Positions 36,573 through 45,885 of a stretch of DNA of 53,041 bases are shown here, piece by piece (position 1 is the first letter of the stretch; the number at the start of each line of letters is the position of its first letter). The DNA is from Elusimicrobiaceae bacterium (GTDB lineage Bacteria > Bacillota_I > Bacilli_A > Acholeplasmatales > Anaeroplasmataceae), in NCBI GenBank assembly GCA_963601055.1, contig CAVCDW010000054.1, forward strand, positions 1-53,041. Direction: 5' to 3'. The notes under the pieces are model-generated. The model did not search any database, was not told where the DNA came from, and worked only from the letters and a program-made list of their open reading frames with translations. A program made the position numbers and the translations under genes.

Positions 36573-38078
36573 ATGCTACTTAATGTTTTAGGGAAAATAT
36601 CCGATATAATCGATAAAATTAATGGTAATGTTTTATCGCCAATAATGATGATTTTAATACTTGGTACGGGTATATTATTATCTATTAGACTTAAATTCTT
36701 ACAAATTACAGATTTTAATACGAGTATTAAGGAAACTATAGTACCTGCTGTTAAATCGATTGTTAAAAAAGAAAAGAAGGATAAAAAGAAGGGCGCAATT
36801 TCTCAATTTCAAGCTTTTGCGGCAGCTATTGCTGGAACTGTTGGAACAGGAAATATTGTAGGAGTGTCTACAGCATTGTGCCTTGGAGGACCTGGAGCTA
36901 TATTTTGGATGTGGTTTAGTGCATTCTTTGGAATGCTTACTAATTTTAGTGAAAATGTTTTAGGTATTTATTATAGAAGAAGAAACGAAAAAGGTGAATA
37001 TAGAGGAGGAGCCATGTATTATATTACTCATGGACTTGGGTGGAAGTGGCTTGCGATACTTTTTAGTATATTCTGTATATTTGCGTCAATCGGATATAAT
37101 ATGGCACAAGTAAATAGTATATCAGCAACACTTAAAGGATCTTGTAATATTCCTTTACTTGTAACAGGAATAGTTGTTGCAGTTGTAGTGTTTTTGGTTA
37201 TTGTTGGTGGAATTGAACGTATTGGTAAATTCGCATCGTTTGTAGTACCAATTATGGCACTTATATTTATGTTTTTAGCGATAGTTATGATTTTATGCCA
37301 TGTAACCGCAGTACCTAATGCGTTTAAAAGAATTTTTGTAGAAGCTTTTAGTTTTAAATCTTTTGGATCAGGAATCTTAGGATATGGAATATTAAGAGGA
37401 ATGCGATATGGAATAGCGCGTGGAGTATTCTCAAACGAAGCAGGTCTTGGATCATCAGTTATGGCTCATAGTACTTCTGATGTTAAAGAGCCTGTTAAAC
37501 AAGGATTATGGGGTATTTTTGAGGTATTCTTAGATACATTTGTAATTTGTACATTAATGGCTTTAGTATTCCTTACAACAGGTGCTTATGATAGATTTTT
37601 AGATGGAGCGCTTGAAAAAGGTGCGCCAATGGCTTTGTGGTGTTTTGAAAACACATATGGATTATTTGGTAGAATCATATTCTCTATCATTTTAACACTA
37701 TTCGCATTTACAACGGTTCTTTCATGGGAATTCTACGGAGAAAGAGGAGTGGAATTTGTTTTTGGAGAGGGTGCTATATTACCATTTAAAATAGTGTATG
37801 TATTACTTGTAGTAGCTGGCGCATGTCTTAAGATAGATATTGTATGGAACCTATCCGATAGTTTTAATGTTTTAATGGCTGTTCCTAACCTTATTGGTGT
37901 AATTCTTCTTTCAGGAGTATTAAAAAGAGTTGTTACAAACTATCATCAAAGAAAAAAAGGTATAGATGTAGAACCTATGTTATCAGCTTATGTTAAACAA
38001 AATGAGTTGATGATTAAGGAATTAGAGGAAGAAGAGGCTTCAAAAGTGGTTCTAGAGAATACTGAAATTAAAGAATAA
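36573..38078 (+). CDS. Alanine/glycine:cation symporter (AGCS family)
   Basis: QAFAAAIAGTVGTGNIVGV, GGPGAIFWMW and VFSNEAGLGSS blocks, with about 11 TM segments. Confidence 0.9.
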   Translation: MLLNVLGKISDIIDKINGNVLSPIMMILILGTGILLSIRLKFLQITDFNTSIKETIVPAVKSIVKKEKKDKKKGAISQFQAFAAAIAGTVGTGNIVGVSTALCLGGPGAIFWMWFSAFFGMLTNFSENVLGIYYRRRNEKGEYRGGAMYYITHGLGWKWLAILFSIFCIFASIGYNMAQVNSISATLKGSCNIPLLVTGIVVAVVVFLVIVGGIERIGKFASFVVPIMALIFMFLAIVMILCHVTAVPNAFKRIFVEAFSFKSFGSGILGYGILRGMRYGIARGVFSNEAGLGSSVMAHSTSDVKEPVKQGLWGIFEVFLDTFVICTLMALVFLTTGAYDRFLDGALEKGAPMALWCFENTYGLFGRIIFSIILTLFAFTTVLSWEFYGERGVEFVFGEGAILPFKIVYVLLVVAGACLKIDIVWNLSDSFNVLMAVPNLIGVILLSGVLKRVVTNYHQRKKGIDVEPMLSAYVKQNELMIKELEEEEASKVVLENTEIKE

Positions 38079-38127
38079 AAGGTCTCTAAAATCAATTCTT
38101 ATATTTATAAATGAGGTGTCAATTTAA

Positions 38128-38362
38128 GTGAACCCCTAAAGTTAGACTTTAAGGGTTTGGTATAAATTTATGACTCCTCGTTTTTTTATATTCAAATCTA
38201 TATTTAAATATTTAAAATGACAGAATATATAAATTATTATAATAATGATAGAATTATGACAAAATTAAAAGGATTGACGCCTATAAAATATAGACATCAA
38301 TCCGAAAATAACACAAGATTATATTAAATTAACTTAAAGTCCAACTTTAAGGGTTCGTTCAC
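38128..38362 (+). mobile_element. Internally deleted IS3-family (IS150-like) element remnant with both terminal inverted repeats
   Basis: The left end GTGAACCCCTAAAGT (38128..38142) and the right end ACTTTAAGGGTTCGTTCAC (38344..38362) are inverted copies differing by a 3-4 nt indel plus one substitution. Between them only the last 36 codons of the transposase survive. Confidence 0.7.
38217..38327 (+). pseudogene. C-terminal fragment of an IS3/IS150-type transposase (OrfB)
   Basis: The translation MTEYINYYNNDRIMTKLKGLTPIKYRHQSENNTRLY matches the characteristic IS3-family C-terminus (Y..YYN..R....L.G.SP..YR). Confidence 0.7.
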
Positions 38363-38363
38363 C

Positions 38364-39077
38364 TTATTTTAAATATATGTAGTTTAAATATTTTGTTATA
38401 GTGTTAAAGGTTTTATCAAGTATTTCATCATAAAACAATTGAAACTTCATAATGTTAACATTTTTACCATCAAAAAGGTTGTAATAATAATTGTTGTATT
38501 TTTTATTTAGTATTCGTTCTATTTTGTTATAAGATAATATTCTATGAAGTTTTTTTAAATTGTCTTCAAAAATTTTATCCGCTAGTGGGAATTTTATTTC
38601 TTCATTTACTATAAATGAAATGAAATCAAGTTCTTTAAAATCAGCAATAAAAGATTTATCGAATGTTTTTATGATAGAATATGGATCTAGATTATTTTTT
38701 TTAGCAAATAAATAATCTATGTCTCTTAAATCACTTAAAGAATAATTATCAAAAGTTTTAGACAAAGATTTGTCTAATTCTTTTATAGATAATAAGGAAA
38801 TAGACATTAATATGACCCTAGTATCGTATTTTTCATTTTTAATATATTGAATTGTCTTTAATTCTAGTTCATCTAGTGAATTTAATAATCTTTTAGATAT
38901 ACTATATTTATCATTGATACTAAAAATGTTAAATATATTAGAATACATAAAACATTTATCGGTTTTAAACATAATGTCACCACGTGGCATTGTTTTACGT
39001 TTTGAAACCTCATACTTTTCATCTAAAAGATTTAAAATATCAGATACAAATTTATACGAAGTAAGTAATAGTGGCAT
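38364..39077 (-). CDS. Hypothetical 237-aa protein (no recognisable family)
   Basis: An ORF with an AGGAGGA RBS about 8 nt upstream of the ATG at 39077. It is very A+T-rich, with a K/N/I/Y/F-rich composition. Its stop codon abuts the IS remnant right end. Confidence 0.5.
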   Translation of the reverse strand: MPLLLTSYKFVSDILNLLDEKYEVSKRKTMPRGDIMFKTDKCFMYSNIFNIFSINDKYSISKRLLNSLDELELKTIQYIKNEKYDTRVILMSISLLSIKELDKSLSKTFDNYSLSDLRDIDYLFAKKNNLDPYSIIKTFDKSFIADFKELDFISFIVNEEIKFPLADKIFEDNLKKLHRILSYNKIERILNKKYNNYYYNLFDGKNVNIMKFQLFYDEILDKTFNTITKYLNYIYLK

Positions 39078-39211
39078 ATAGAAATCCTCCTATATAAAAT
39101 ATTATATTAAAATGATTTTATTTTTAAAAGGTTTAAATTGAAAATAAGTCTTATAAAAAGACTAGAAAGTAGTACTCAAATGTTGTAGAATAATTTCAAG
39201 GATGTGTTTTT

Positions 39212-40144
39212 ATGCTTAAACTAGGAAAAGATGCTTATAATACAATACAAATGCAAATGTTTAACAAGGCTCGTGATATCGATGTAGCCCTTTTTAATGT
39301 TTTAAACGACAACAATTTCCCGAAGAGTTTTTTATCCACAGCACTTTCAGGATATCAAAATAGTGATGGTGGTTTCGCACATGCGTTAGAAGTTGATAAT
39401 TATAACAAAGATTCTAATCTTGTTGAATGCCAAGAAGCAATGAGAATTGCGTCTATGGTATTTGATAATATATCAGATGATGAATTATTAAATAAGTCAT
39501 TTAAGAAACTATTTAATTATTTATATAATAGATTAGATAAGTGGGATGCTTTAATTCCGTCTAATAATGACGCAATTTGTGCATCGTGGTATAAATACAC
39601 AGATGTTAATATAAAAAGATTTGGGGATGCACCTACACCTGCTATTTTAGGTTATACATTAATGCTTCTAAAAGAAGACAATGTATATTTTAAAAAAGCT
39701 TATGCTAAAGCAAAAGGTGTTATTGATAAATTCCTTCTTAAAACAAGCTTTAATGTTGAAGAAATAAAATCATATAAAGTTCTATATGAAGGACTTTTAA
39801 AGAATAATTTATTTTCTGATAAATTAGATAGCATTAAAGATAAATTATATAGTGTAGCTTATGAATTAATGGAAAAAGATAAAACTAATTTTTCAGGGGT
39901 TGTATTATTGCCTTTAGATATCTTTGAAAGATATACTGGTAATAGTGTTTATGATAAATTAATTGATGATAATCTAGATTATTTAATAACATCAATTAAA
40001 CCTCATGGACTTTGGGAGGCACCATTCGATTGGAGTAATGAAATTGCAGAAGGAGCTACCGCTGGAATTAAGTGGATTGGTGTAATATCTTGTATTAATT
40101 TTTATAATTTGAAAAAGTTCGGAAGAATTGAGGATACCAAATAA
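39212..40144 (+). CDS. Hypothetical 310-aa protein, possibly alpha/alpha-toroid (prenyltransferase/terpene-cyclase-like repeat) fold
   Basis: The motif SGYQNSDGGFAHALE resembles the QxxDGGF/W repeat of alpha-toroid proteins. The C-terminus reads HGLWEAPFDWSN...AGIKWIG. Its stop overlaps the proB start (TAATG at 40142..40146). Confidence 0.55.
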   Translation: MLKLGKDAYNTIQMQMFNKARDIDVALFNVLNDNNFPKSFLSTALSGYQNSDGGFAHALEVDNYNKDSNLVECQEAMRIASMVFDNISDDELLNKSFKKLFNYLYNRLDKWDALIPSNNDAICASWYKYTDVNIKRFGDAPTPAILGYTLMLLKEDNVYFKKAYAKAKGVIDKFLLKTSFNVEEIKSYKVLYEGLLKNNLFSDKLDSIKDKLYSVAYELMEKDKTNFSGVVLLPLDIFERYTGNSVYDKLIDDNLDYLITSIKPHGLWEAPFDWSNEIAEGATAGIKWIGVISCINFYNLKKFGRIEDTK

Positions 40145-41232
40145 TGAAAAGATTGGTCATTAAAATAGGATCTTCATCACTCGTCTCTGATGGAAAACTT
40201 GATGAAGATAGATTAGATTCCTTAATTAAAGAAATTAAATTGTTAGATTCAATGAATGTTAAAACTTGTATTGTAACATCAGGATCTATAGCTCTTGGAG
40301 CATATTCAATTGGTGTTAAACCAAAGGATATGAAATTAAAACAAGCTTGTGCTGCACATGGACAAGCAATATTAATGGAAGGTTATTCAAAAGCTATGCT
40401 TAAGTATGATCTTAAGTGTGCTCAAATTCTTGTTAACCATGATGACTTTGAAAATAGATCTAGAATGCTTAACTTAGAGAATACACTAAATACATTAATT
40501 GAAAATAATATTGTCCCAGTTATAAACGAAAATGATGCGCTTCAAACAGAAGAAATCAAAGTTGGGGATAATGATACCCTAAGTGCACTAATTGCACCTA
40601 TGGCATCTGCTGATATGTTAATATTATTATCTGATATTGATGGACTTTATACGGATAATCCTAAACTTGTTCGTGATGCTAAACTTATTAAGCGTGTAGA
40701 TAAGATTACGAATGAAATAAAGGCTATGGCTCACCCTTCATCTACTGAGGTAGGAACAGGTGGAATGCAGACAAAAATAAATGCGGCAATCATAGCTACT
40801 ACTTCAGGTGTTGATATGATTATTCAAAATGCAGATGATATCAAAAATATTCATAATGCGTTTGATAAGGAAAAATATAGTGGAACACTTTTTGTTAAAA
40901 ACAAAAGCGTTAATGCGCGTAATCAATGGATTTTGTTTAAAACAAGACCTAACGCAAGCGTATTGGTTGATGATGGTTGTGCAAAAGCTATTTTAGATAG
41001 AAAGAGTTTACTTGCAAAAGGAATTACTGACATCGTAGGACAAATTGCTGAAGGTGATGTAATAAACATCGTAAATAAGAATAAGGTTATTGCAAAAGGA
41101 ATATCTAATTTTAGAGATTATGATATTTTAAAGATTAAAGGTCATGATTCTAATGAAATTAAAGAAATACTTCATCATGAAACTAAAGATGTAGTAATTC
41201 ATGCGAATAACATAGTGTTAATAGAGGAGTGA
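40144..41232 (+). CDS. proB: Glutamate 5-kinase with C-terminal PUA domain
   Basis: RLVIKIGSSSL, VTSGSIALG, NENDAL and GTGGMQTKI, with PUA-like ASVLVDDGCAKAI. Confidence 0.92.
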   Translation: MKRLVIKIGSSSLVSDGKLDEDRLDSLIKEIKLLDSMNVKTCIVTSGSIALGAYSIGVKPKDMKLKQACAAHGQAILMEGYSKAMLKYDLKCAQILVNHDDFENRSRMLNLENTLNTLIENNIVPVINENDALQTEEIKVGDNDTLSALIAPMASADMLILLSDIDGLYTDNPKLVRDAKLIKRVDKITNEIKAMAHPSSTEVGTGGMQTKINAAIIATTSGVDMIIQNADDIKNIHNAFDKEKYSGTLFVKNKSVNARNQWILFKTRPNASVLVDDGCAKAILDRKSLLAKGITDIVGQIAEGDVINIVNKNKVIAKGISNFRDYDILKIKGHDSNEIKEILHHETKDVVIHANNIVLIEE

Positions 41233-41236
41233 TTAT

Positions 41237-42463
41237 ATGTCTTATATTGATGTGATAGATAAGGCTGTTAATGCAAAATTGCCATTAGCTTCTAAGACAA
41301 AAGAAAAACGAATTCTTGCGATGGAAGCTATGAGTAAAGCTTTAATAGAAAATAAAGATTATATATTAGAACAAAATAAGCAAGATCTATTAAATGCTTC
41401 AAATATAGCCGATGTTATGAAAAAGAGATTAACTCTTACAGAAGAGAAGTTAATATCAATCGCAAACGATGTTTTAACAGTATCAAAATTAGAAGATCCT
41501 ACGAATAAAGTTTTAGAAGAAATTAAAAGACCTAATGGGCTTATTATTAAAAAAATATCTCAACCATTTGGTGTGATTCTTACAATTTTTGAATCTAGGC
41601 CTAATGTTTGTGTAGATATTGCGTCTCTTGCAATAAAAACAGCTAATGTTTGTATTTTAAGAGGTGGAAAAGAAGCTAAAAAAACTAATAAAGCTTTAGT
41701 TGATACTATTAGAAATGCAATAAAAGATTATATACCAGAAGATAGTGTATGCTTACTTGAAGATACAACACATGAAGATGTAGAAAAGATACTTACAATG
41801 AAAGATAAAATAGATTTATGTGTTCCAAGAGGAAGTAGAGGACTTATAAATCATGTTGTAAATACTTCCCTTATTCCTGTTATAGAAACAGGAGCTGGAG
41901 TATGTCATGTCTATGTTGATTCTGATGCTGATTTAGAGATGGCTTGTGATATTATAATAAATGGTAAAATGTCAAATCCTTCAGTATGTAATGCCACAGA
42001 ATCGGTATTAATTAATAAAAGTTGTTATAAAGAATTATTAAAATTGCTTAAAGAACGAGAGTTTGATACAATGGTAAGGGTGCATGGAGATGCGCTTGTT
42101 AAAGAATATTTAATATCAGATGATGTTAAATCATATGATACTGAATTCAATGATTTAGATATTAATATGCATGTTGTAGAATCTTTAGATGAAGCAATCA
42201 CACATATTAATAAATATGGAACAAAGCATAGTGAAGTAATAGTTACTAAAAATGATAGTAATGCACAAAAGTTTATGCAACTTGTTGATGCGGCATGCGT
42301 ATATCAAAATGCATCTTCAAGATTCACTGATGGTGGATGTTTTGGATTTGGTGCAGAACTTGGTATATCAACCGGAAAACTTCATGCAAGAGGTCCTATG
42401 GGACTTAAAGAAATGATGACATATAAATATATAATATTTGGAAATGGACAAATAAGAAAGTGA
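41237..42463 (+). CDS. proA: Gamma-glutamyl phosphate reductase
   Basis: FESRPNV, LRGGKEA, the catalytic cysteine block SVCNATESVLI, and NASSRFTDG. Confidence 0.92.
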   Translation: MSYIDVIDKAVNAKLPLASKTKEKRILAMEAMSKALIENKDYILEQNKQDLLNASNIADVMKKRLTLTEEKLISIANDVLTVSKLEDPTNKVLEEIKRPNGLIIKKISQPFGVILTIFESRPNVCVDIASLAIKTANVCILRGGKEAKKTNKALVDTIRNAIKDYIPEDSVCLLEDTTHEDVEKILTMKDKIDLCVPRGSRGLINHVVNTSLIPVIETGAGVCHVYVDSDADLEMACDIIINGKMSNPSVCNATESVLINKSCYKELLKLLKEREFDTMVRVHGDALVKEYLISDDVKSYDTEFNDLDINMHVVESLDEAITHINKYGTKHSEVIVTKNDSNAQKFMQLVDAACVYQNASSRFTDGGCFGFGAELGISTGKLHARGPMGLKEMMTYKYIIFGNGQIRK

Positions 42464-42470
42464 GATAATT

Positions 42471-44006
42471 ATGAAAAAGAAACCAGTAATGTTAATTATA
42501 ATGGATGGATACGGAATTGCAGAGGCATCTAAAGGTAATGCTGTTTCGTTAGCTAAAAAGCCAAATTTAGATAGAATTATGAAAGAATATCCTAATACTA
42601 TTATTGAGGCTTCAGGAGAAGCAGTAGGTCTTCCTGAAGGACAAATGGGAAATAGTGAAGTAGGACATATGAATATAGGAGCAGGACGTATTGTATACCA
42701 ATCTCTTACAAGAATTAATGTAGCTATTAAAAATGGTGATTTTGCTAAAAATGAAGCTATTTTAAAAGCTATTGAAAATGCTAAAACAAATAATAAAAAA
42801 TTACACATTTTAGGATTATGCTCTACAGGTGGAGTACATTCACATACTGAACATATTAAAGCAATCGCTAAAGTTTGTGAAGATAATGGATTAGACAAAG
42901 TATATTTCCATGCATTCCTTGACGGACGTGATACAGCTCCAAATTCTGGTGCAGATTTTATGGCATCAGTTCTTGAACAAAAGAATATTAGTGTAGCTTC
43001 TGTTTCAGGACGTTATTATGGAATGGATCGTGATAAGAACTGGACTCGTATTCAATTATCTTATGATGCGATGACTCAAGGAATTGGTGAAAAGTTCTCT
43101 GATGCCGTAACAGGAATTAAAACTTCTTATAAGAGAGGAAAACTTGATGAATTCGTAGTTCCTTTTGTAGTTGATACAAATGGTACTATTGAGGATGGAG
43201 ATTCAGTAATATTCGCAAATTATAGACCAGATAGAGCTATTCAAATTGCGACTGCACTATCTAACCCTGGTAAAACTCAAAATATGTTAAAGAATGGAAC
43301 AGATCCTAAACTTGATATTACAAATGGACCTAAACAAACATTTTTTGTATCAATGATGCACTATGCTGATTCAGTAAAAGGTCTTGTAGCATTCACACCA
43401 GTTGAATTAAACAACCTTTATGGTGATATTGTTTCAAGTGCTGGATATACTCAACTTCGTATTGCAGAAACTGAAAAATATGCCCATGTTACATTCTTCT
43501 TTGATGGTGGAGTAGACAAAGAAATTGAAGGTGCTGATCGTATTTTAGTAAATTCACCAAAGGTCGCAACTTATGACTTACAACCAGAAATGAGTGCTTA
43601 TGAAGTGTGTGATAAAGTCTGCGATGCAATCAAGTCTGAATCGTATGATACTATCGTTTTAAATTTCGCAAACTGCGATATGGTAGGACATACAGGTGTT
43701 ATTCCTGCCGCTGTAAAAGCAGTAGAGGTTGTTGATGAGTGCGTTGGTAAAATAGTTAACTTACTTGAGAAAGTAGGCGGAGTAGCTTTAATTACTGCAG
43801 ACCACGGAAATGCAGAAAAAATGCTTGATGAAAAAGGTGAGCCTTTCACAGCACATACAACAAATCCAGTACCACTTATTGTAACAGATAAGAATGTTAA
43901 GCTAAGAGATGGTGGAATATTATCTGATATTGCGCCTACATTATTAGACTTATTAGAACTTGAAACTCCAAAAGAAATGACATCTAAGTCATTAATTATA
44001 AAGTAA
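42471..44006 (+). CDS. gpmI: 2,3-bisphosphoglycerate-independent phosphoglycerate mutase
   Basis: MLIIMDGYG, GNSEVGHMNIGAGR, HAFLDGRDT and ITADHGNAE. It starts 7 nt after the proA stop. Confidence 0.95.
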   Translation: MKKKPVMLIIMDGYGIAEASKGNAVSLAKKPNLDRIMKEYPNTIIEASGEAVGLPEGQMGNSEVGHMNIGAGRIVYQSLTRINVAIKNGDFAKNEAILKAIENAKTNNKKLHILGLCSTGGVHSHTEHIKAIAKVCEDNGLDKVYFHAFLDGRDTAPNSGADFMASVLEQKNISVASVSGRYYGMDRDKNWTRIQLSYDAMTQGIGEKFSDAVTGIKTSYKRGKLDEFVVPFVVDTNGTIEDGDSVIFANYRPDRAIQIATALSNPGKTQNMLKNGTDPKLDITNGPKQTFFVSMMHYADSVKGLVAFTPVELNNLYGDIVSSAGYTQLRIAETEKYAHVTFFFDGGVDKEIEGADRILVNSPKVATYDLQPEMSAYEVCDKVCDAIKSESYDTIVLNFANCDMVGHTGVIPAAVKAVEVVDECVGKIVNLLEKVGGVALITADHGNAEKMLDEKGEPFTAHTTNPVPLIVTDKNVKLRDGGILSDIAPTLLDLLELETPKEMTSKSLIIK

Positions 44007-44030
44007 AGATTTAAATAAAAATAAAATTTA

Positions 44031-44070
44031 GGGTTGATGCCTATAAAATTAAGACATCAATCCTTTTTTT
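44031..44070 (+). terminator. gpmI terminator built from a second fragment of the IS3-type transposase 3' end
   Basis: The 33 nt at 44031..44063 match 38271..38303 with 4 mismatches by hand alignment. gggttgatg pairs with catcaatcc to form a 9-bp stem, followed by a T7 run at 44064..44070. Confidence 0.6.
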
Positions 44071-44143
44071 GTTAGTAAATTGGAGTACAAAAAAATGGAT
44101 AGTTTCTTTATCATATGATATGATTATAATGAGGAGTGGTAAT

Positions 44144-45841
44144 ATGAAAAAAATTATAAAATTAATGAGTATTTCATTAGCATTATGCGGATGCGTTGCG
44201 CTTAATTCATGTAAGGATAGTAATTCAAACTACATTGATAGTTCGTATAATGAGGGTGATAACAAAACAATGTCAAAAATATTAGAAGAAATTTCTGCTA
44301 GCAATTCTAGTATTGATGAAGAAAGTAAATTTAAGGGGTTTGAATATAATAAATTTAATTCAGTTAAACAATATTCAAATTCAAACGTAATATTAAATGA
44401 TGCGGCTTTTAAAGAAACTACTACAGATGGAGTAAGTTACTTTAAGTTTTCTGATTTAAATGAGATTGATGTGACTGGTGCAGAAGTAGTAACTAAAACA
44501 GATGATTATGGAAATTCTTATGTTTATACGATTAAAAAAACCGATAAGACTTTTGATGGAAGTGTATATGTTAACTATCAACAAGTTACTAACGCACCAA
44601 TTTATAAATGTACACTTTATGGTCACATAACAAATGATGGTATTTTTGATTTTGTAGTTGATTTTTATACGACAAATAATAGCAAATCTTATATTGAAAC
44701 CATATGTTATATAAATCAAACATTATACATTGGTGCTATTAATTATAATAGTTATATGTCGTTTAATGAAAACATGAACGAAAATAATAGTTCTTTCAGA
44801 CAACTTTCAAAACCTAAAAAGGAATTAGTAACAATAGATGCTGATGATGAAGATGATATTGATTATGAAAAGATGTATAAGTATGCTGGATATACATACG
44901 ATGAAGATATTAAGCAATATATTAAAGTAGTTAATTCAGGAAATTATAATATTGTTTATCATAAAAATGAAAAAGGGAAGGATTTATCTGAAGTAGTTTA
45001 TCATAAAAATGCTTATACAAACAAAACAGTATATATTTGGCAAGAAGATGTAATAATCGCTGAAAAGAGCAAAGCAAAATATACATATTTTGATGGCGAT
45101 GGTGAGAAACATCTAGTTAAAACTTATTATTCTAACCTAGCTGATGGTACAAGTTGCAAAGAAATAGAAACTGAAATTGTATTTAATGATTGTAAGGCAT
45201 TAACAGATAATTATTTAGTATTAACTGGTTATGAAGTCGACGATGACGAAGAGATTTTAGATAATAAATTAAGAACTTATTTCTTGAAAAATAGCGGAAA
45301 AGTAGTTTATAGAACAATTTTAAATTTAGATTATTCTCAAACAATAAAATTAAAAGATAATGTTTACATGATTGGTGATGACCTATATGATGGTAATTTA
45401 AATTATATTGACACAGTATCATATTCATCTGGTCTAAATGCGTTCGTATCAACTCTTGATGACGTAAAAACAATCTATGATATAGCAGGTAATGCAATTG
45501 CGACAGGTTCATATTCTGTGGTGAATGGTGCTATTTATGATGATGTAAATAAAAAGTATTATTCTTTATTAGATAATAAATTAGTTGAATATAGCGGTAC
45601 ATATTATGGTGATAATACATATTATAATTTAGATATAAGTGTAACTAAATCTGGTGATGTTTATAAGTATGATGTTAAATCTCTAGATGGTAAAGTTAGT
45701 ACAACTTTCTATTCGGAAAATTCTAATTTATCATTTAGCTATACTAAATATACTTCACGAGTAAGATTAACTGCAAATAGTACTATTTACGCTGATCAAG
45801 CGAAGGAAAATAAACTTGGATTTATTTTATTCAATATTTAG
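44144..45841 (+). CDS. Lipoprotein of unknown function (paralog 1 of a tandem pair)
   Basis: Signal peptide MKKIIKLMSISLALCGCVALNSC-KD with a lipobox-like cysteine. GAGGAG lies 7 nt before the ATG at 44144. It is collinear with the downstream paralog. Confidence 0.75.
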   Translation: MKKIIKLMSISLALCGCVALNSCKDSNSNYIDSSYNEGDNKTMSKILEEISASNSSIDEESKFKGFEYNKFNSVKQYSNSNVILNDAAFKETTTDGVSYFKFSDLNEIDVTGAEVVTKTDDYGNSYVYTIKKTDKTFDGSVYVNYQQVTNAPIYKCTLYGHITNDGIFDFVVDFYTTNNSKSYIETICYINQTLYIGAINYNSYMSFNENMNENNSSFRQLSKPKKELVTIDADDEDDIDYEKMYKYAGYTYDEDIKQYIKVVNSGNYNIVYHKNEKGKDLSEVVYHKNAYTNKTVYIWQEDVIIAEKSKAKYTYFDGDGEKHLVKTYYSNLADGTSCKEIETEIVFNDCKALTDNYLVLTGYEVDDDEEILDNKLRTYFLKNSGKVVYRTILNLDYSQTIKLKDNVYMIGDDLYDGNLNYIDTVSYSSGLNAFVSTLDDVKTIYDIAGNAIATGSYSVVNGAIYDDVNKKYYSLLDNKLVEYSGTYYGDNTYYNLDISVTKSGDVYKYDVKSLDGKVSTTFYSENSNLSFSYTKYTSRVRLTANSTIYADQAKENKLGFILFNI

Positions 45842-45885
45842 TTTATGAGTAATTATAATAATAAAATACAAGGGAGAATGATACC

